Source: Bacillota bacterium
GTDB taxonomy: Bacteria; Bacillota; Limnochordia; Darwinibacteriales; DTU012
Direction: 5' to 3'
NCBI GenBank assembly: GCA_012840925.1
Contig: DUVS01000045.1
Span: 23,716-87,715, forward strand
Length of the DNA: 64,000 nucleotides
Below, in pieces: positions 48,752-58,200 of the stretch. The notes under the pieces are model-generated. The model was not told the origin of the DNA. It was given only the letters and a program-made list of their open reading frames with translations, and did no database searches. The translations under genes and the position numbers were made by a program. Numbering within the stretch: position 1 is the stretch's first letter; each line of letters begins with the position of its first letter.

Positions 48752-49717
48752 GTGAAAAGATCAAATTTGTTGAGTGCTATTTGTTTAATCGCATTATTGT
48801 TCAGCGGATGCTTTTCCTTTGGTGGTTCATACAATGTTTCCGGGACTGTCGTTGATTTGGACGGCAATCCGATTGCTGGCGTTGAGGTAGTCGCTGAGGG
48901 AGAGAAGCCGGTGATCGAGAGCACAGATGCTGAAGGCAAGTTTACTTTTACCGGCCTTGAAGGTTCAGTCACGATATCTGCGCAAAAAGACGGCTATCTC
49001 TTTTCTGGGCCGTATACTGTGAAAAAGCAGGAGAAAGCCCTGGAAATTTTAGGTGTTGTTGGTAGTGTCGATGTATCTGGCGAAGGTACTGTCCAAGTTG
49101 CTCTGAATGAGAACGGCACAGCGACCTTGAAAGCAATTCCTGATGGAGACTGGGTATTTATCCGGTGGGAAGGAAGCCTGGACGGAAACACCAACCCGGC
49201 CTCGGTGACTTTTGATCAACCAAAGAACATTACTGCGGTGTTCCGCAACTTCTACACTGATGAAGGAAACCTGGAGTGGGCGCCTGAATTGTTAGGCCTG
49301 CCGGAATTCTGGGCTGGGCGCTACTCTAGGGAGGAATTCGTGATTGAAAGTTCAGGGGGATTCTTGAAACTGACAATGTCTCCGACATACGAATATGCAG
49401 CGCTGTCTAACGTGATCATCCCCAACAGTGCCGTCAAGGCCAGGGTCACTGTGGTTGATGTCAGCGGAAACATAAACAGCGGATTTTGGCGTCTGCGCTT
49501 GACCAATCCGGAAACAGAATCAACACAGAATGTTGCTGGAGGTAGTACTCCGGCGAAAGACGCTGTTGAAACAAAAAACATTCCAACAGCATCCCTCAAT
49601 TTGATACAAGAGGGCAAGCCAGTGAACATTGAGATTGGAGGCAATTGGACTGCCGGTGAGTGGGCAGTGTTCAAGCTGGAGTTCCTTGATGCAGAGGATA
49701 ATGCAGTGGCTTTTTAA
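48752..49717 (+). CDS. lipoprotein: CarboxypepD_reg-like domain + InlB-B/Listeria-Bacteroides-type repeat + shared C-terminal unknown domain
   Basis: Lipobox LFSGC. GTVVDLDGNPIAGVEV (CarbopepD_reg). ATLKAIPDGDWVFIRWEG...NPASVTFDQPKNITAVF (bacterial repeat domain). C-terminal domain homologous to 41464..42045. Confidence 0.7.
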   Translation: MKRSNLLSAICLIALLFSGCFSFGGSYNVSGTVVDLDGNPIAGVEVVAEGEKPVIESTDAEGKFTFTGLEGSVTISAQKDGYLFSGPYTVKKQEKALEILGVVGSVDVSGEGTVQVALNENGTATLKAIPDGDWVFIRWEGSLDGNTNPASVTFDQPKNITAVFRNFYTDEGNLEWAPELLGLPEFWAGRYSREEFVIESSGGFLKLTMSPTYEYAALSNVIIPNSAVKARVTVVDVSGNINSGFWRLRLTNPETESTQNVAGGSTPAKDAVETKNIPTASLNLIQEGKPVNIEIGGNWTAGEWAVFKLEFLDAEDNAVAF

Positions 49718-49778
49718 GCAGGCTAAGTGCGGACTTACAGTGAATCCAAGGTAAGTTACTTCCTTTTGCAAAACGAGA

Positions 49779-49810
49779 GGTGCGGCTAGCTTTTCCTGGT
49801 TAGCCGCACC
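49779..49810 (+). other. perfect 10-bp stem-loop GGTGCGGCTA-(12 nt)-TAGCCGCACC, putative locus B terminator without a clear U-tract
   Basis: Seen directly, 60 bp downstream of the lipoprotein gene. Confidence 0.4.
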
Positions 49811-49935
49811 GACTCCTATATAGTGTTTGGAACTTGGAATCGTGCCTATAGTCAGTAAATTGCATTAATACAAAGGAAATTTCCACATTGGTATGGTAAT
49901 AGTTTACTGGAAGATGTACTCGGGAAAGGGTGACA

Positions 49936-51018
49936 ATGGTGAAAGTTACGGTAAAGGATGTGGCCAGAGCGGCTAACGTTTCACCAGCAACGGTATCGAG
50001 GGTTTTTAACAACAACCCGAATATTTCCGCAGAGACTAGAGAATTGGTGGTGACGACAGCCGCCAAACTTGGATATAAACCGCGTGCACCCAAGAGTGAG
50101 CGGCAGGAAGCGATTAGTAAAAATATCGCCATCGTATTCAATAATCGGTTGACAAGCCTTGCTGATGACCCTTTTTATGGCCAGGTAATTGGGGGCATTG
50201 AGCAGATTGTCAGTCAAAAAAACTATAATCTCTTTTTTAGAACTGTGACAGGACACCTGGACAGTGATTTGGAAAGAGTAGAATCACTGTTCAACGACGA
50301 AAAACTGGCAGGTATCATTCTGGCTGGCTATGAGATTAATGAGCGATTGGTCAAACGGATTAAAGAAAACAACCTTCCCCTGGTACTGGTAGACAGCAAC
50401 TTGTATGATGAGAATGTGAACATGATCTTAAATGACAACACAGCGGGGGCGCGGGCTGCAGTCGATTATTTGATTAGTCTTGGTCACAGGCGGATTGGAT
50501 TTATCGGGGGGCCTTTAACCCATACATCATTGGATGAGCGCTACATAGGTTACAAGCAGGCACTGCGCCGTGCGGGAGTCAGGAAAAGCGAGGAGTACAT
50601 TGCGTTCTGCAAACCGAAATTTGATGCCGATGATGGGTACCGGGCAGCGTTAACTATGCTGAGAAATTGTCATCTTTTACCAACAGCGATTTTTGCAGCC
50701 AATGATATGCTAGCTATTGGTGTCATGCGTGCTGTTTTTGATCTCGATCTGAACATACCCAACGATATTTCAGTCGTGGGTTTTGATGATATTAGTATGG
50801 CTCAACATACAATTCCCCAACTGACAACGGTAAGAATTCAGAAACGTGAAATGGGAATTATGGCTGGTAAAAGGCTTCTGGAGTTAATCGAGGAGCCTGA
50901 CGTAAAACCGATAAAGGTTATTGTAGGTGTGGAGCTAGTAGTCAGGGATTCTGTTGCGGAAATAAACGAAGTGCATTCAGAGTCTGGCATAATATCCAAA
51001 AAAGAAGCCTACTCCTGA
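49936..51018 (+). CDS. LacI family transcriptional regulator
   Basis: HTH VTVKDVARAANVSPATVSRVFNN and a PBP-type sugar-binding domain. GTG 49930 is an alternative start. Confidence 0.9.
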   Translation: MVKVTVKDVARAANVSPATVSRVFNNNPNISAETRELVVTTAAKLGYKPRAPKSERQEAISKNIAIVFNNRLTSLADDPFYGQVIGGIEQIVSQKNYNLFFRTVTGHLDSDLERVESLFNDEKLAGIILAGYEINERLVKRIKENNLPLVLVDSNLYDENVNMILNDNTAGARAAVDYLISLGHRRIGFIGGPLTHTSLDERYIGYKQALRRAGVRKSEEYIAFCKPKFDADDGYRAALTMLRNCHLLPTAIFAANDMLAIGVMRAVFDLDLNIPNDISVVGFDDISMAQHTIPQLTTVRIQKREMGIMAGKRLLELIEEPDVKPIKVIVGVELVVRDSVAEINEVHSESGIISKKEAYS

Positions 51019-51042
51019 TCATAAACAACAATCATCAAGCAG

Positions 51043-51747
51043 TCAGTCCTCCAGAAGGCATTTTACAATGCCCGGCAAATGAGCCGCTCCAACCACTCCC
51101 ACCACCTTCTTGCCCGGTGCTGTTTTAATGTTTTGAGCCAGAACATAGTCCCGTTCATCGATGAGCATTCTTTTTAACTCGGGAAATTCTTCCGTGAATT
51201 TGTTCAAGAACATCATCAGGTTGTCCGGGGATTTCATAGTTTCGATCTCCGTTTCTGACAAGGTGGTTTTTGCAAGCAAGAGATTAAGAGTCTGAGCCAG
51301 CAGTTTGCTTTTCTCCATTGAGCTTAAGCTGGCCCATATTTGTCTGAAGGTTGTCTGAATATTGCAATCTGCCAAAACAAGCCGTGCTCCGCTTGCTCTA
51401 GCTGAATTGATAGCCTGAATCAGTTCTTGGCCGGGCAAGAGGTTGAGATTCCGGGCAATGCGTTTTTGCATGATGGCGATGAGTGTATTGAGTAAAAGGA
51501 ATGAACTCTTACAGGCAATATCAGCCTGGAGGTCGAAATCGTCATCAGCGAAGAAGGCACTTTCTTTGCAATCCATCTCGATAAGGGCAAGATAGCGCAG
51601 ATGGTCCAGTTCGACACATACTGTATCCGGACATTCGGTTTCGATAATAGCCTTGACCTGCTCCACACTGCGTTTCGACATATGAATCGTACCAATCAAG
51701 ATCAACTGTTTGTCATTGAGATTAAGTCTAGCAATACACTCCTCCAT
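51043..51747 (-). CDS. TraB/GumN family protein
   Basis: LILIGTIHMSKRSVEQVKAIIETECPDTVCVELD N-terminal signature. RBS AGAGGCGG before the ATG at 51747. Confidence 0.7.
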   Translation of the reverse strand: MEECIARLNLNDKQLILIGTIHMSKRSVEQVKAIIETECPDTVCVELDHLRYLALIEMDCKESAFFADDDFDLQADIACKSSFLLLNTLIAIMQKRIARNLNLLPGQELIQAINSARASGARLVLADCNIQTTFRQIWASLSSMEKSKLLAQTLNLLLAKTTLSETEIETMKSPDNLMMFLNKFTEEFPELKRMLIDERDYVLAQNIKTAPGKKVVGVVGAAHLPGIVKCLLED

Positions 51748-51851
51748 AACCTACCGCCTCTGTATTTAGAGTAATCTCTATTGATATATGCCGTAACAAA
51801 GCTGTTTGCCCGCAGTTTTGGGCTAATCTCATCGGGAAAAGGAGGTTGAGG

Positions 51852-52763
51852 ATGACAGTTATTGAAATTGACAACTTGACAAAGCGGTTTGGCAGTTTGA
51901 CCGCCCTTGATGGAGTCAATCTGGAGGTTAACCAAGGCGAAATCTACGGCTTCATCGGGCCTAATGGCGCCGGCAAGACTACCACAATCAGGATATTGCT
52001 TGGTATCTTGAAAGCTACACAAGGTACTGCCAGAATTTTTGGCAGAGATGCCTGGCACGATGCTGTGGAAATTCACAGACGAATCGCTTATGTCCCAGGT
52101 GAAGTCAATCTTTGGTCAAACCTTACCGGTGGCGAAGTAATTGATCTGTTTGTCAAACTACGGGGAACGGACAACCAAGCTGATCGCATTTACCGTGAAA
52201 AATTGATCCGGCGGTTTGATCTTGACCCGTCGAAAAAATGCGGCACATATTCAAAGGGAAACCGGCAAAAGGTAGCGTTGATTGCTGCTTTTGCAGCGGA
52301 TGCTGATCTTTATATCCTCGATGAACCGACTTCCGGATTGGATCCGCTCATGGAAAGAGTATTTCAGGAATGCATTCACGAAATCAAAGAGGCTAAGAAA
52401 ACCGTGTTTTTGTCCAGTCATATTTTATCCGAGGTGGAAAAGCTCTGTGATCGGGTGAGCATTATCCGTCAAGGCAGAATTATTGAAACCGGTACGCTGC
52501 AGGAACTGAGGCATTTAACCAGGACAGTTGTACAAGTGGAAACCAGGCAGCCCATCCAGGGTTTTGCTGGGCTTACCGGGGTTCATAGTATCGAGGAATC
52601 AGAAGCAGGCCTACTGTTTGTGTACAGCTTACAAGTGGATACTGGCCAAATCGGTGAGGTGCTTAAGCTTATCAGTCAGTATGATGTTGTGTCTTTGGAA
52701 AGCAAAGCGCCTACTCTTGAGGATCTGTTTATGCATCATTATCAGGTGGCAGGTGAAGACTGA
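51852..52763 (+). CDS. ABC transporter ATP-binding protein (ABC-2 type)
   Basis: Walker A GPNGAGKTT, signature LSGGxxQ-like (YSKGNRQKV), Walker B LYILDEPTSGLD. RBS AAAGGAGG. Confidence 0.9.
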   Translation: MTVIEIDNLTKRFGSLTALDGVNLEVNQGEIYGFIGPNGAGKTTTIRILLGILKATQGTARIFGRDAWHDAVEIHRRIAYVPGEVNLWSNLTGGEVIDLFVKLRGTDNQADRIYREKLIRRFDLDPSKKCGTYSKGNRQKVALIAAFAADADLYILDEPTSGLDPLMERVFQECIHEIKEAKKTVFLSSHILSEVEKLCDRVSIIRQGRIIETGTLQELRHLTRTVVQVETRQPIQGFAGLTGVHSIEESEAGLLFVYSLQVDTGQIGEVLKLISQYDVVSLESKAPTLEDLFMHHYQVAGED

Positions 52764-54385
52764 TGCTTAAGTCGATGCCGCTGAAGAAACAGTTGTGGCA
52801 AGGCACCTCAGTTTTGGCAGGCCTGATTTGGCGCAGGGATCGGATTCGCATTCCACTATGGATTATGGGAATTGCAGTGGTAACCCTGTTGGTGGCCTAT
52901 GCCTATCCTGGGTTGTTTCCTACCGAACTTGAGCGGATGATTATGAGTGAAACCATGAGGAACCCCGCTCTGATCGCCATGGCTGGCCCGGGCTACGGCT
53001 TGGATGATTACCAGATCGGAGCCATGTTTGCCCATCACATGTTGTTGTTTACTGCGATCGCAGTGGCAATCATGAACATCATGACAGCTGTCCGGCATAC
53101 ACGGTGCGACGAAGAGAGTGGGCGTATTGAAGTGATTCGTTCCTTACCAGTGGGGAGACTGGCGAATGCCGGATCGGTGCTTCTGGTCTTAACCATTGGT
53201 AATGTAGTAATCGGTTTGGTTGTGGGTTCCGGCTTGGCTGCATTAGGTATTGAGTCGATGGGTTTGGCTGGTTCGCTCCTGTATGGTGCAGTCTTAACAG
53301 TAACCGGCTGGTTCTTTGCCGGCATTACCGTCCTGTTTGCTCAAGTGACTGAAACAAGCCGGGGAGCATTGGGGCTTGCTTTTGGTTTCATGGGGCTTGC
53401 TTATCTGCTGCGGGCAATTGGGGATGTGAGTAATGAAGTTCTTTCCCTGGTATCACCTTTAGGATTGGTCCTCCGGTGCCAAGTTTATGTCACCAACTAC
53501 TGGTGGCCAGTCTTGGTGATGGTAGCCTTATCCGCGCTCACTGGCTTTTTAGGGTGTTATCTAAACATAATTCGGGATCTGGGTGCTGGTTTGATTGCAG
53601 CCAAACCTGGGCCTACCAAAGCGGGGCGTTTGCTGCAAACCACATGGGGCTTGGCCATCCGCCTGCAGAAACCAATGCTGACCGGTTGGGCTGTTGGGAT
53701 GCTGGTTCTGGGATTGTCTTACGGCTCTGTGTTTGCTGATTTGGACCGCTTTTTTGAATCTAGTGAGATGATTAAGGGAATGCTGCCAGCCATACCAGGT
53801 TTTACGTTAACGGAGCAGTTTACAGCACTGATTCTGCTGATCATGGCGATGTTTGCAGCCATTCCCGCACTGTTAATGGTTTTGAAGCTGCGGACCGAAG
53901 AAAAGGCAGCCCGCCTTGAGCATTTGCTGGCCAGAGCAGTTTCCAAAACGAGATTACTCTACAGCTTTGTGGTTACCAGTCTGCTTGCGGCTGTGGTAAT
54001 GCAGGTACTGGCAGCGCTGGGACTGTGGGCAGCAGCTTCTTATGTAATGGAAATTCCCTTCAGTTTTTGGCCTGTGTTAAAGGGTGCACTATCCTTTCTA
54101 CCTGCCATTTGGATTTATGTTGGCATGGCGACTTTCCTAATCGGATTCCTGCCACGTTTCACGGGCTTAGTCTGGTTGTATCTGGGTTATACATTCACAG
54201 TGCTCTATCTGGGGAGGTTGGTCAAGGCGCCGGAATGGCTGGCTAAGCTGACACCCTTTGGCCACGTCCCTAATGTGCCGATAGAGACCATGGGAGTAGG
54301 ACAAGTGGCAATCATGCTGCTGATAGCCGCAGCTTTTATCGGATTAGGGCATTACCAGTTTAGTAAAAGGGATTATCAGCAGTGA
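52763..54385 (+). CDS. ABC-2 family transporter permease (12-TM exporter-type)
   Basis: 540-aa polytopic membrane protein. ATG overlaps the ATPase stop (TGATG). Confidence 0.75.
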   Translation: MLKSMPLKKQLWQGTSVLAGLIWRRDRIRIPLWIMGIAVVTLLVAYAYPGLFPTELERMIMSETMRNPALIAMAGPGYGLDDYQIGAMFAHHMLLFTAIAVAIMNIMTAVRHTRCDEESGRIEVIRSLPVGRLANAGSVLLVLTIGNVVIGLVVGSGLAALGIESMGLAGSLLYGAVLTVTGWFFAGITVLFAQVTETSRGALGLAFGFMGLAYLLRAIGDVSNEVLSLVSPLGLVLRCQVYVTNYWWPVLVMVALSALTGFLGCYLNIIRDLGAGLIAAKPGPTKAGRLLQTTWGLAIRLQKPMLTGWAVGMLVLGLSYGSVFADLDRFFESSEMIKGMLPAIPGFTLTEQFTALILLIMAMFAAIPALLMVLKLRTEEKAARLEHLLARAVSKTRLLYSFVVTSLLAAVVMQVLAALGLWAAASYVMEIPFSFWPVLKGALSFLPAIWIYVGMATFLIGFLPRFTGLVWLYLGYTFTVLYLGRLVKAPEWLAKLTPFGHVPNVPIETMGVGQVAIMLLIAAAFIGLGHYQFSKRDYQQ

Positions 54386-54479
54386 TTTATTTGTCAGAAT
54401 CTAGTAGGGATTTTGATTAGATATGCAGAAACAAAGAACAGACTGTATTTATGCAGCAGAAATGAGGAGGGAATAGCTG

Positions 54480-55196
54480 GTGCGTAGAAGTCTGTTGTTA
54501 GTCAGTTTGCTGGTATTACTGGTTACTTTTGCATCGGGTTGCACTCCAACTGAAGAAGGATGGGTTGCTCACTTTGCTTTTGAAGGAAATCTGGAGGATT
54601 CAACTGGAAGGTTTGCTGGTGGAGAATTGATTGGTACCAGGATTGGGACTAATGTGGGCGAGATAACTCAGACAAGAGGAGAAGAGCATTACTCAGTCAG
54701 TTATGGTGAAGGGGTCAAAGGCCAGGCCATAAAATTCGACGGCAACCAAGGGGTGCTGCTGCCGTCTGGTTTGATTGAAGGATATACATATACCATCTCA
54801 CTGTGGATTAAACCTGAAGTATTAACCATGCATACTACCACCTTCTTTGGAGGAGCCAGTGACACCAGCTGGATTAGTGTTGTACCATCCGGATGGTCTT
54901 CAGGCCATACCATGATCTGGTCCGGTAATCTACAATGGTATGATGCTATATGTGGAGAGACCATTCCGCTTAACGAATGGACTCATGTTGTTGTTACCGT
55001 TGACAACGGGGATGTCACAGTATATCTTAATGGCGTGGAGAAGTTTGCCGGAACCGGATTCCCGGATGTATTCAGCCAGCTTGAAGCAGATGGAGTGTTT
55101 GTATTGGCTGTCAACTGGTGGGATCCACCGTTCATCGGGATGCTGGATGAATTGAAGATCTATGACCGGGTACTGACCCCAGATGAGATAGAATAA
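54480..55196 (+). CDS. LamG-like (concanavalin A-type lectin) lipoprotein
   Basis: Lipobox FASGC. LamG_3-type C-terminal motif DELKIYDRVLTPDEI. GTG start 8 nt after GAGGAGGG. Confidence 0.8.
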   Translation: MRRSLLLVSLLVLLVTFASGCTPTEEGWVAHFAFEGNLEDSTGRFAGGELIGTRIGTNVGEITQTRGEEHYSVSYGEGVKGQAIKFDGNQGVLLPSGLIEGYTYTISLWIKPEVLTMHTTTFFGGASDTSWISVVPSGWSSGHTMIWSGNLQWYDAICGETIPLNEWTHVVVTVDNGDVTVYLNGVEKFAGTGFPDVFSQLEADGVFVLAVNWWDPPFIGMLDELKIYDRVLTPDEIE

Positions 55197-55243
55197 TCGC
55201 GGCAAAATAAAGCTATTAGGTCAATCAATCTGGAAATTCTCGC

Positions 55244-55275
55244 AAAAAGGGCTGCAGTGCGCTGCAGTCCTTTTT
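55244..55275 (+). terminator. bidirectional rho-independent terminator AAAAAGGGCTGCAG-tgcg-CTGCAGTCCTTTTT
   Basis: 9-bp stem (one G-U) flanked by an A5 run upstream and a T5 run downstream. Confidence 0.75.
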
Positions 55276-55300
55276 CACAGTGGATGAAGGAGCTGATTTT

Positions 55301-55858
55301 ATGGAACTGGTTGTTAAAGGTAGAAGAATAGGGATCAGAAACATAGAGCTGGCAGATGTACCGACGTTCGTAAAATGGTGGAATGATGGGAAGCTGATGG
55401 CCTCAGTCGGATTTCGCAAAGGGTTGGGAGTAACTGAAACAGAACTGGAACACCGCTTTGCTGTGGAAATCAATGATCCAGATCCTGAACGAACCAGTCG
55501 GAGGTATGTGATTGTCGATCTGGAAGACAAGTACAAGCCAATAGGCGAGCTTGCCTATGGACAACTTGATCTTGAACAGGGCAAGTGCCTGGTAGGCATT
55601 AAGATCTGTGAGTTGGATTACCAGGGTAAAGGATACGGCTCTGAGGCTATGACTGTTTTTATCAATTTCCTGTTCGACTGCTTTAGATTGAGGAAGATTG
55701 AGATAGATACTTTGGCAGATAATATGCGGGCATATAATCTGTACAGGAAATTGGGTTTTAAGGAAACACGGATTGAAAAAAACTTCTGGACAGATCCTGA
55801 CGGCAAGTCCCATGATGTGATTTTTATGGAACTGGACAATCCTGCCCTTGGTGAATGA
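55301..55858 (+). CDS. GNAT family N-acetyltransferase
   Basis: Acetyl-CoA motif region ...QGKGYGSEAMTVFINF... RBS GAAGGAG. 185 aa. Confidence 0.8.
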   Translation: MELVVKGRRIGIRNIELADVPTFVKWWNDGKLMASVGFRKGLGVTETELEHRFAVEINDPDPERTSRRYVIVDLEDKYKPIGELAYGQLDLEQGKCLVGIKICELDYQGKGYGSEAMTVFINFLFDCFRLRKIEIDTLADNMRAYNLYRKLGFKETRIEKNFWTDPDGKSHDVIFMELDNPALGE

Positions 55859-55991
55859 CAAAAGCACCCTTTACGTCAAAGTGGTCTCCTTTTCCGATGG
55901 TGTGCTTTAAGTGAGACAAGGGGCCTCGGAGGAAAAACCTATTGCACAGTTGAAATACCAATAAACAGTGTTTCATGGGAGGTTGAGATGT

Positions 55992-56285
55992 GTGAAGCGG
56001 GTAAGGATATCTAAAGCTCATGTTTTGATACTAGGAGTTATCTTCGTTTGTCTATTTTTGAGCGGCTGTATTCCGGGCGATGGCAAGCACACAGAAGAGA
56101 ATCCAGCAGGATTTTTCTGGGGAATCTGGCACGGATGGATCGCTCCAATCTCACTGATCATTGGTATATTCCGTGATGGCATTCGTGTTTATGAAACTGC
56201 AAATACCGGATTGTGGTATGATTTTGGTTTTTACATGGCCATCATCAGCGGTTTTGGCGGACTCTCACTGGCTAGGAAAAAATAA
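55992..56285 (+). CDS. small hypothetical lipoprotein/membrane protein
   Basis: GTG start 13 nt after GGGAGG gives KRVRISKAHVLILGVIFVCLFLSGC (lipobox LSGC) plus one further hydrophobic segment. Start choice is uncertain. Confidence 0.5.
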   Translation: MKRVRISKAHVLILGVIFVCLFLSGCIPGDGKHTEENPAGFFWGIWHGWIAPISLIIGIFRDGIRVYETANTGLWYDFGFYMAIISGFGGLSLARKK

Positions 56286-56318
56286 GGTTATTCTAATAAA
56301 AAGTAATTGGAGAACATT

Positions 56319-57257
56319 ATGTATAAGATTGTAGTGACCAGAAGAATACCAGGTATTGAACAAGCTGCGGAGCACCTGCCGCCCGACTGGGACTTGTGGA
56401 TCAATCCCAGCGAGTATCCTTTAACCAGAGAGGAACTGATTTCCCACGCAAAGGACGGAGATGGGATGCTGGTCTGCAATGACCGCATCGATGATGAGCT
56501 GATGGCAGCTTTGCCACGGTTGAAAGCGCTCAGCAACTACGGAGTTGGTGTCGATAATATTGATCTTGAAGCTGCCAAAAAGCGCGGGATTATCGTAACG
56601 AATTTGCCTGATGAAGTAACTTACAGTACAGCCGAACTGGCATTTGCACTGATGCTTGCCTGCATGCGTAGGTTGAACGAAGCAGATCAACTGGTCCGCA
56701 GTGCCAATCCTTTTTCGTGGACCCCGACAATTGTTATTGGCAGAAATCTGCGGGGAAAGACCCTGGGAATCATCGGCTTTGGCCGGATCGGTCAAAAGGT
56801 TGCCGAAATGGCGAAGGCATTTGAAATGAAAATAATCTATTATAGCCGCAGCCGTAAACCAGAAGTGGAGCAGCGCCTCTCGGCTGAGTATCGCTCACTC
56901 CAGGATTTACTCCAAGCCGCGGATGTTGTCTCATTGCATGTGCCGGGCGGTGAACAAACCAGGCATCTGATTGGCGCTGGCCAACTGAAGCTGATGAAAC
57001 GAGAAGCGATTTTGATCAATGTCGCACGCGGCACTGTTGTGGACGAAACAGCGCTGGCGGGGGCACTAATCAACAAACAAATAGCAGCGGCAGGGCTTGA
57101 TGTCTACGAACAGGAGCCATTTGTAACCGAGCAGCTTCTCAAACTGCCGAATGCTGTCCTTACGCCTCATATTGGCTGCTCCACATGGGAAACCCGTTTT
57201 GCCATGACCGCCAAAGCAATCCAAAATGTCTATGATGTATTGGCCAGCCGATACTGA
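56319..57257 (+). CDS. D-isomer-specific 2-hydroxyacid dehydrogenase (glyoxylate/hydroxypyruvate reductase-like)
   Basis: NAD-binding GIIGFGRIGQKVA, catalytic R/E/H context (...NVARGTVVDE...TPHIG). 312 aa. Confidence 0.85.
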   Translation: MYKIVVTRRIPGIEQAAEHLPPDWDLWINPSEYPLTREELISHAKDGDGMLVCNDRIDDELMAALPRLKALSNYGVGVDNIDLEAAKKRGIIVTNLPDEVTYSTAELAFALMLACMRRLNEADQLVRSANPFSWTPTIVIGRNLRGKTLGIIGFGRIGQKVAEMAKAFEMKIIYYSRSRKPEVEQRLSAEYRSLQDLLQAADVVSLHVPGGEQTRHLIGAGQLKLMKREAILINVARGTVVDETALAGALINKQIAAAGLDVYEQEPFVTEQLLKLPNAVLTPHIGCSTWETRFAMTAKAIQNVYDVLASRY

Positions 57258-57280
57258 TTAACGGAACCCACCGTGTTCTA

Positions 57281-58057
57281 TCAGCAGGAGAGAAAGGGCA
57301 TATCCGGATCCAAAACCGGGAGTGCGTTGCCTAGAGAAATCTGTTTTTTAGTAATCTGGCAGCTGCGCCTGTAAAATTGAACACCTGCTCTACGGGCGGC
57401 GGTGAAGGCTTTGGCAAATCCGGGATCGATGTGGGAAGCCGCAGTGACACATTGGGCGTCACTCCGCTGAGCAACGAAGAGCACCGCTCCCTGATACTGT
57501 CCGGACTGAGTGAGTGCGGCTAATGTATCCAGATGCTGCCGTCCTCTGCTGGTGACTGCATCAGGGAACAGGCCTACACCATTGTCTACCAAAGTAACGC
57601 TTTTGATTTCTAACAGCATCTGTTTTTGGCCCCGTTGGAGAAGGAAGTCGAAGCGGTGCCTGCCGAGAGGATATTCACTGCGGACAAGCGACCAGGAGCT
57701 TAATTCCGGCATAGCTTTTTGGACAAGGGCAGTCTTAACCAATGTATTGGGTAGAGCCGAAACCAAGGAAACCAAGCTTCCATTTTCCGTTTCGGACAGG
57801 ATCGCTGACCAACGGGTTTTCCGGTTTGGATTGCTGGTAGACTGCAGCCAAATGCGTCTGTTGGGAGTTAACAGCTCACGCAACCTGCCTGGATCAGCAA
57901 GGTGGGCCTCTACTATTTGGCCTTTACATGACTTTCCACCAGTCCTATCGGTACTTCGATCGGGATCCGCTCCAGCCAGCTGACAGCGAACTATAAATCG
58001 ATTGATTCTCTGCTGAAAGTATGCTTCCACTAAGTCCCCCAAAGGCAGACTAACCAT
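57281..58057 (-). CDS. sfsA: sugar fermentation stimulation protein SfsA
   Basis: RINRFIV..., ADPGRLRELL, RFDFLL...LLEIKSVTL blocks. Start at the internal ATG (58057), which has RBS AGGAG, rather than the longer ORF. Confidence 0.75.
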   Translation of the reverse strand: MVSLPLGDLVEAYFQQRINRFIVRCQLAGADPDRSTDRTGGKSCKGQIVEAHLADPGRLRELLTPNRRIWLQSTSNPNRKTRWSAILSETENGSLVSLVSALPNTLVKTALVQKAMPELSSWSLVRSEYPLGRHRFDFLLQRGQKQMLLEIKSVTLVDNGVGLFPDAVTSRGRQHLDTLAALTQSGQYQGAVLFVAQRSDAQCVTAASHIDPGFAKAFTAARRAGVQFYRRSCQITKKQISLGNALPVLDPDMPFLSC

Positions 58058-58200
58058 GCGATATCCGCTCCTATTTATCCAACTTGCGATCAAGGAATAA
58101 CCTTTCTTGCATAGAAGTGATGTAATGATAGACTTATGTTCAACCACAAGCAGGCAAAACTATGTATTACCTGCACAATACAGAAAGGGAGGAATTGGCT

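Noticed and set aside
55987-56013. Mini-ORF MCEAGKDI directly after the GGGAGG site upstream of the small lipoprotein
   Set aside because: Only 8 codons and out of frame with the lipoprotein ORF. It possibly reflects start-site ambiguity rather than a real peptide. GTG 55992 was preferred.
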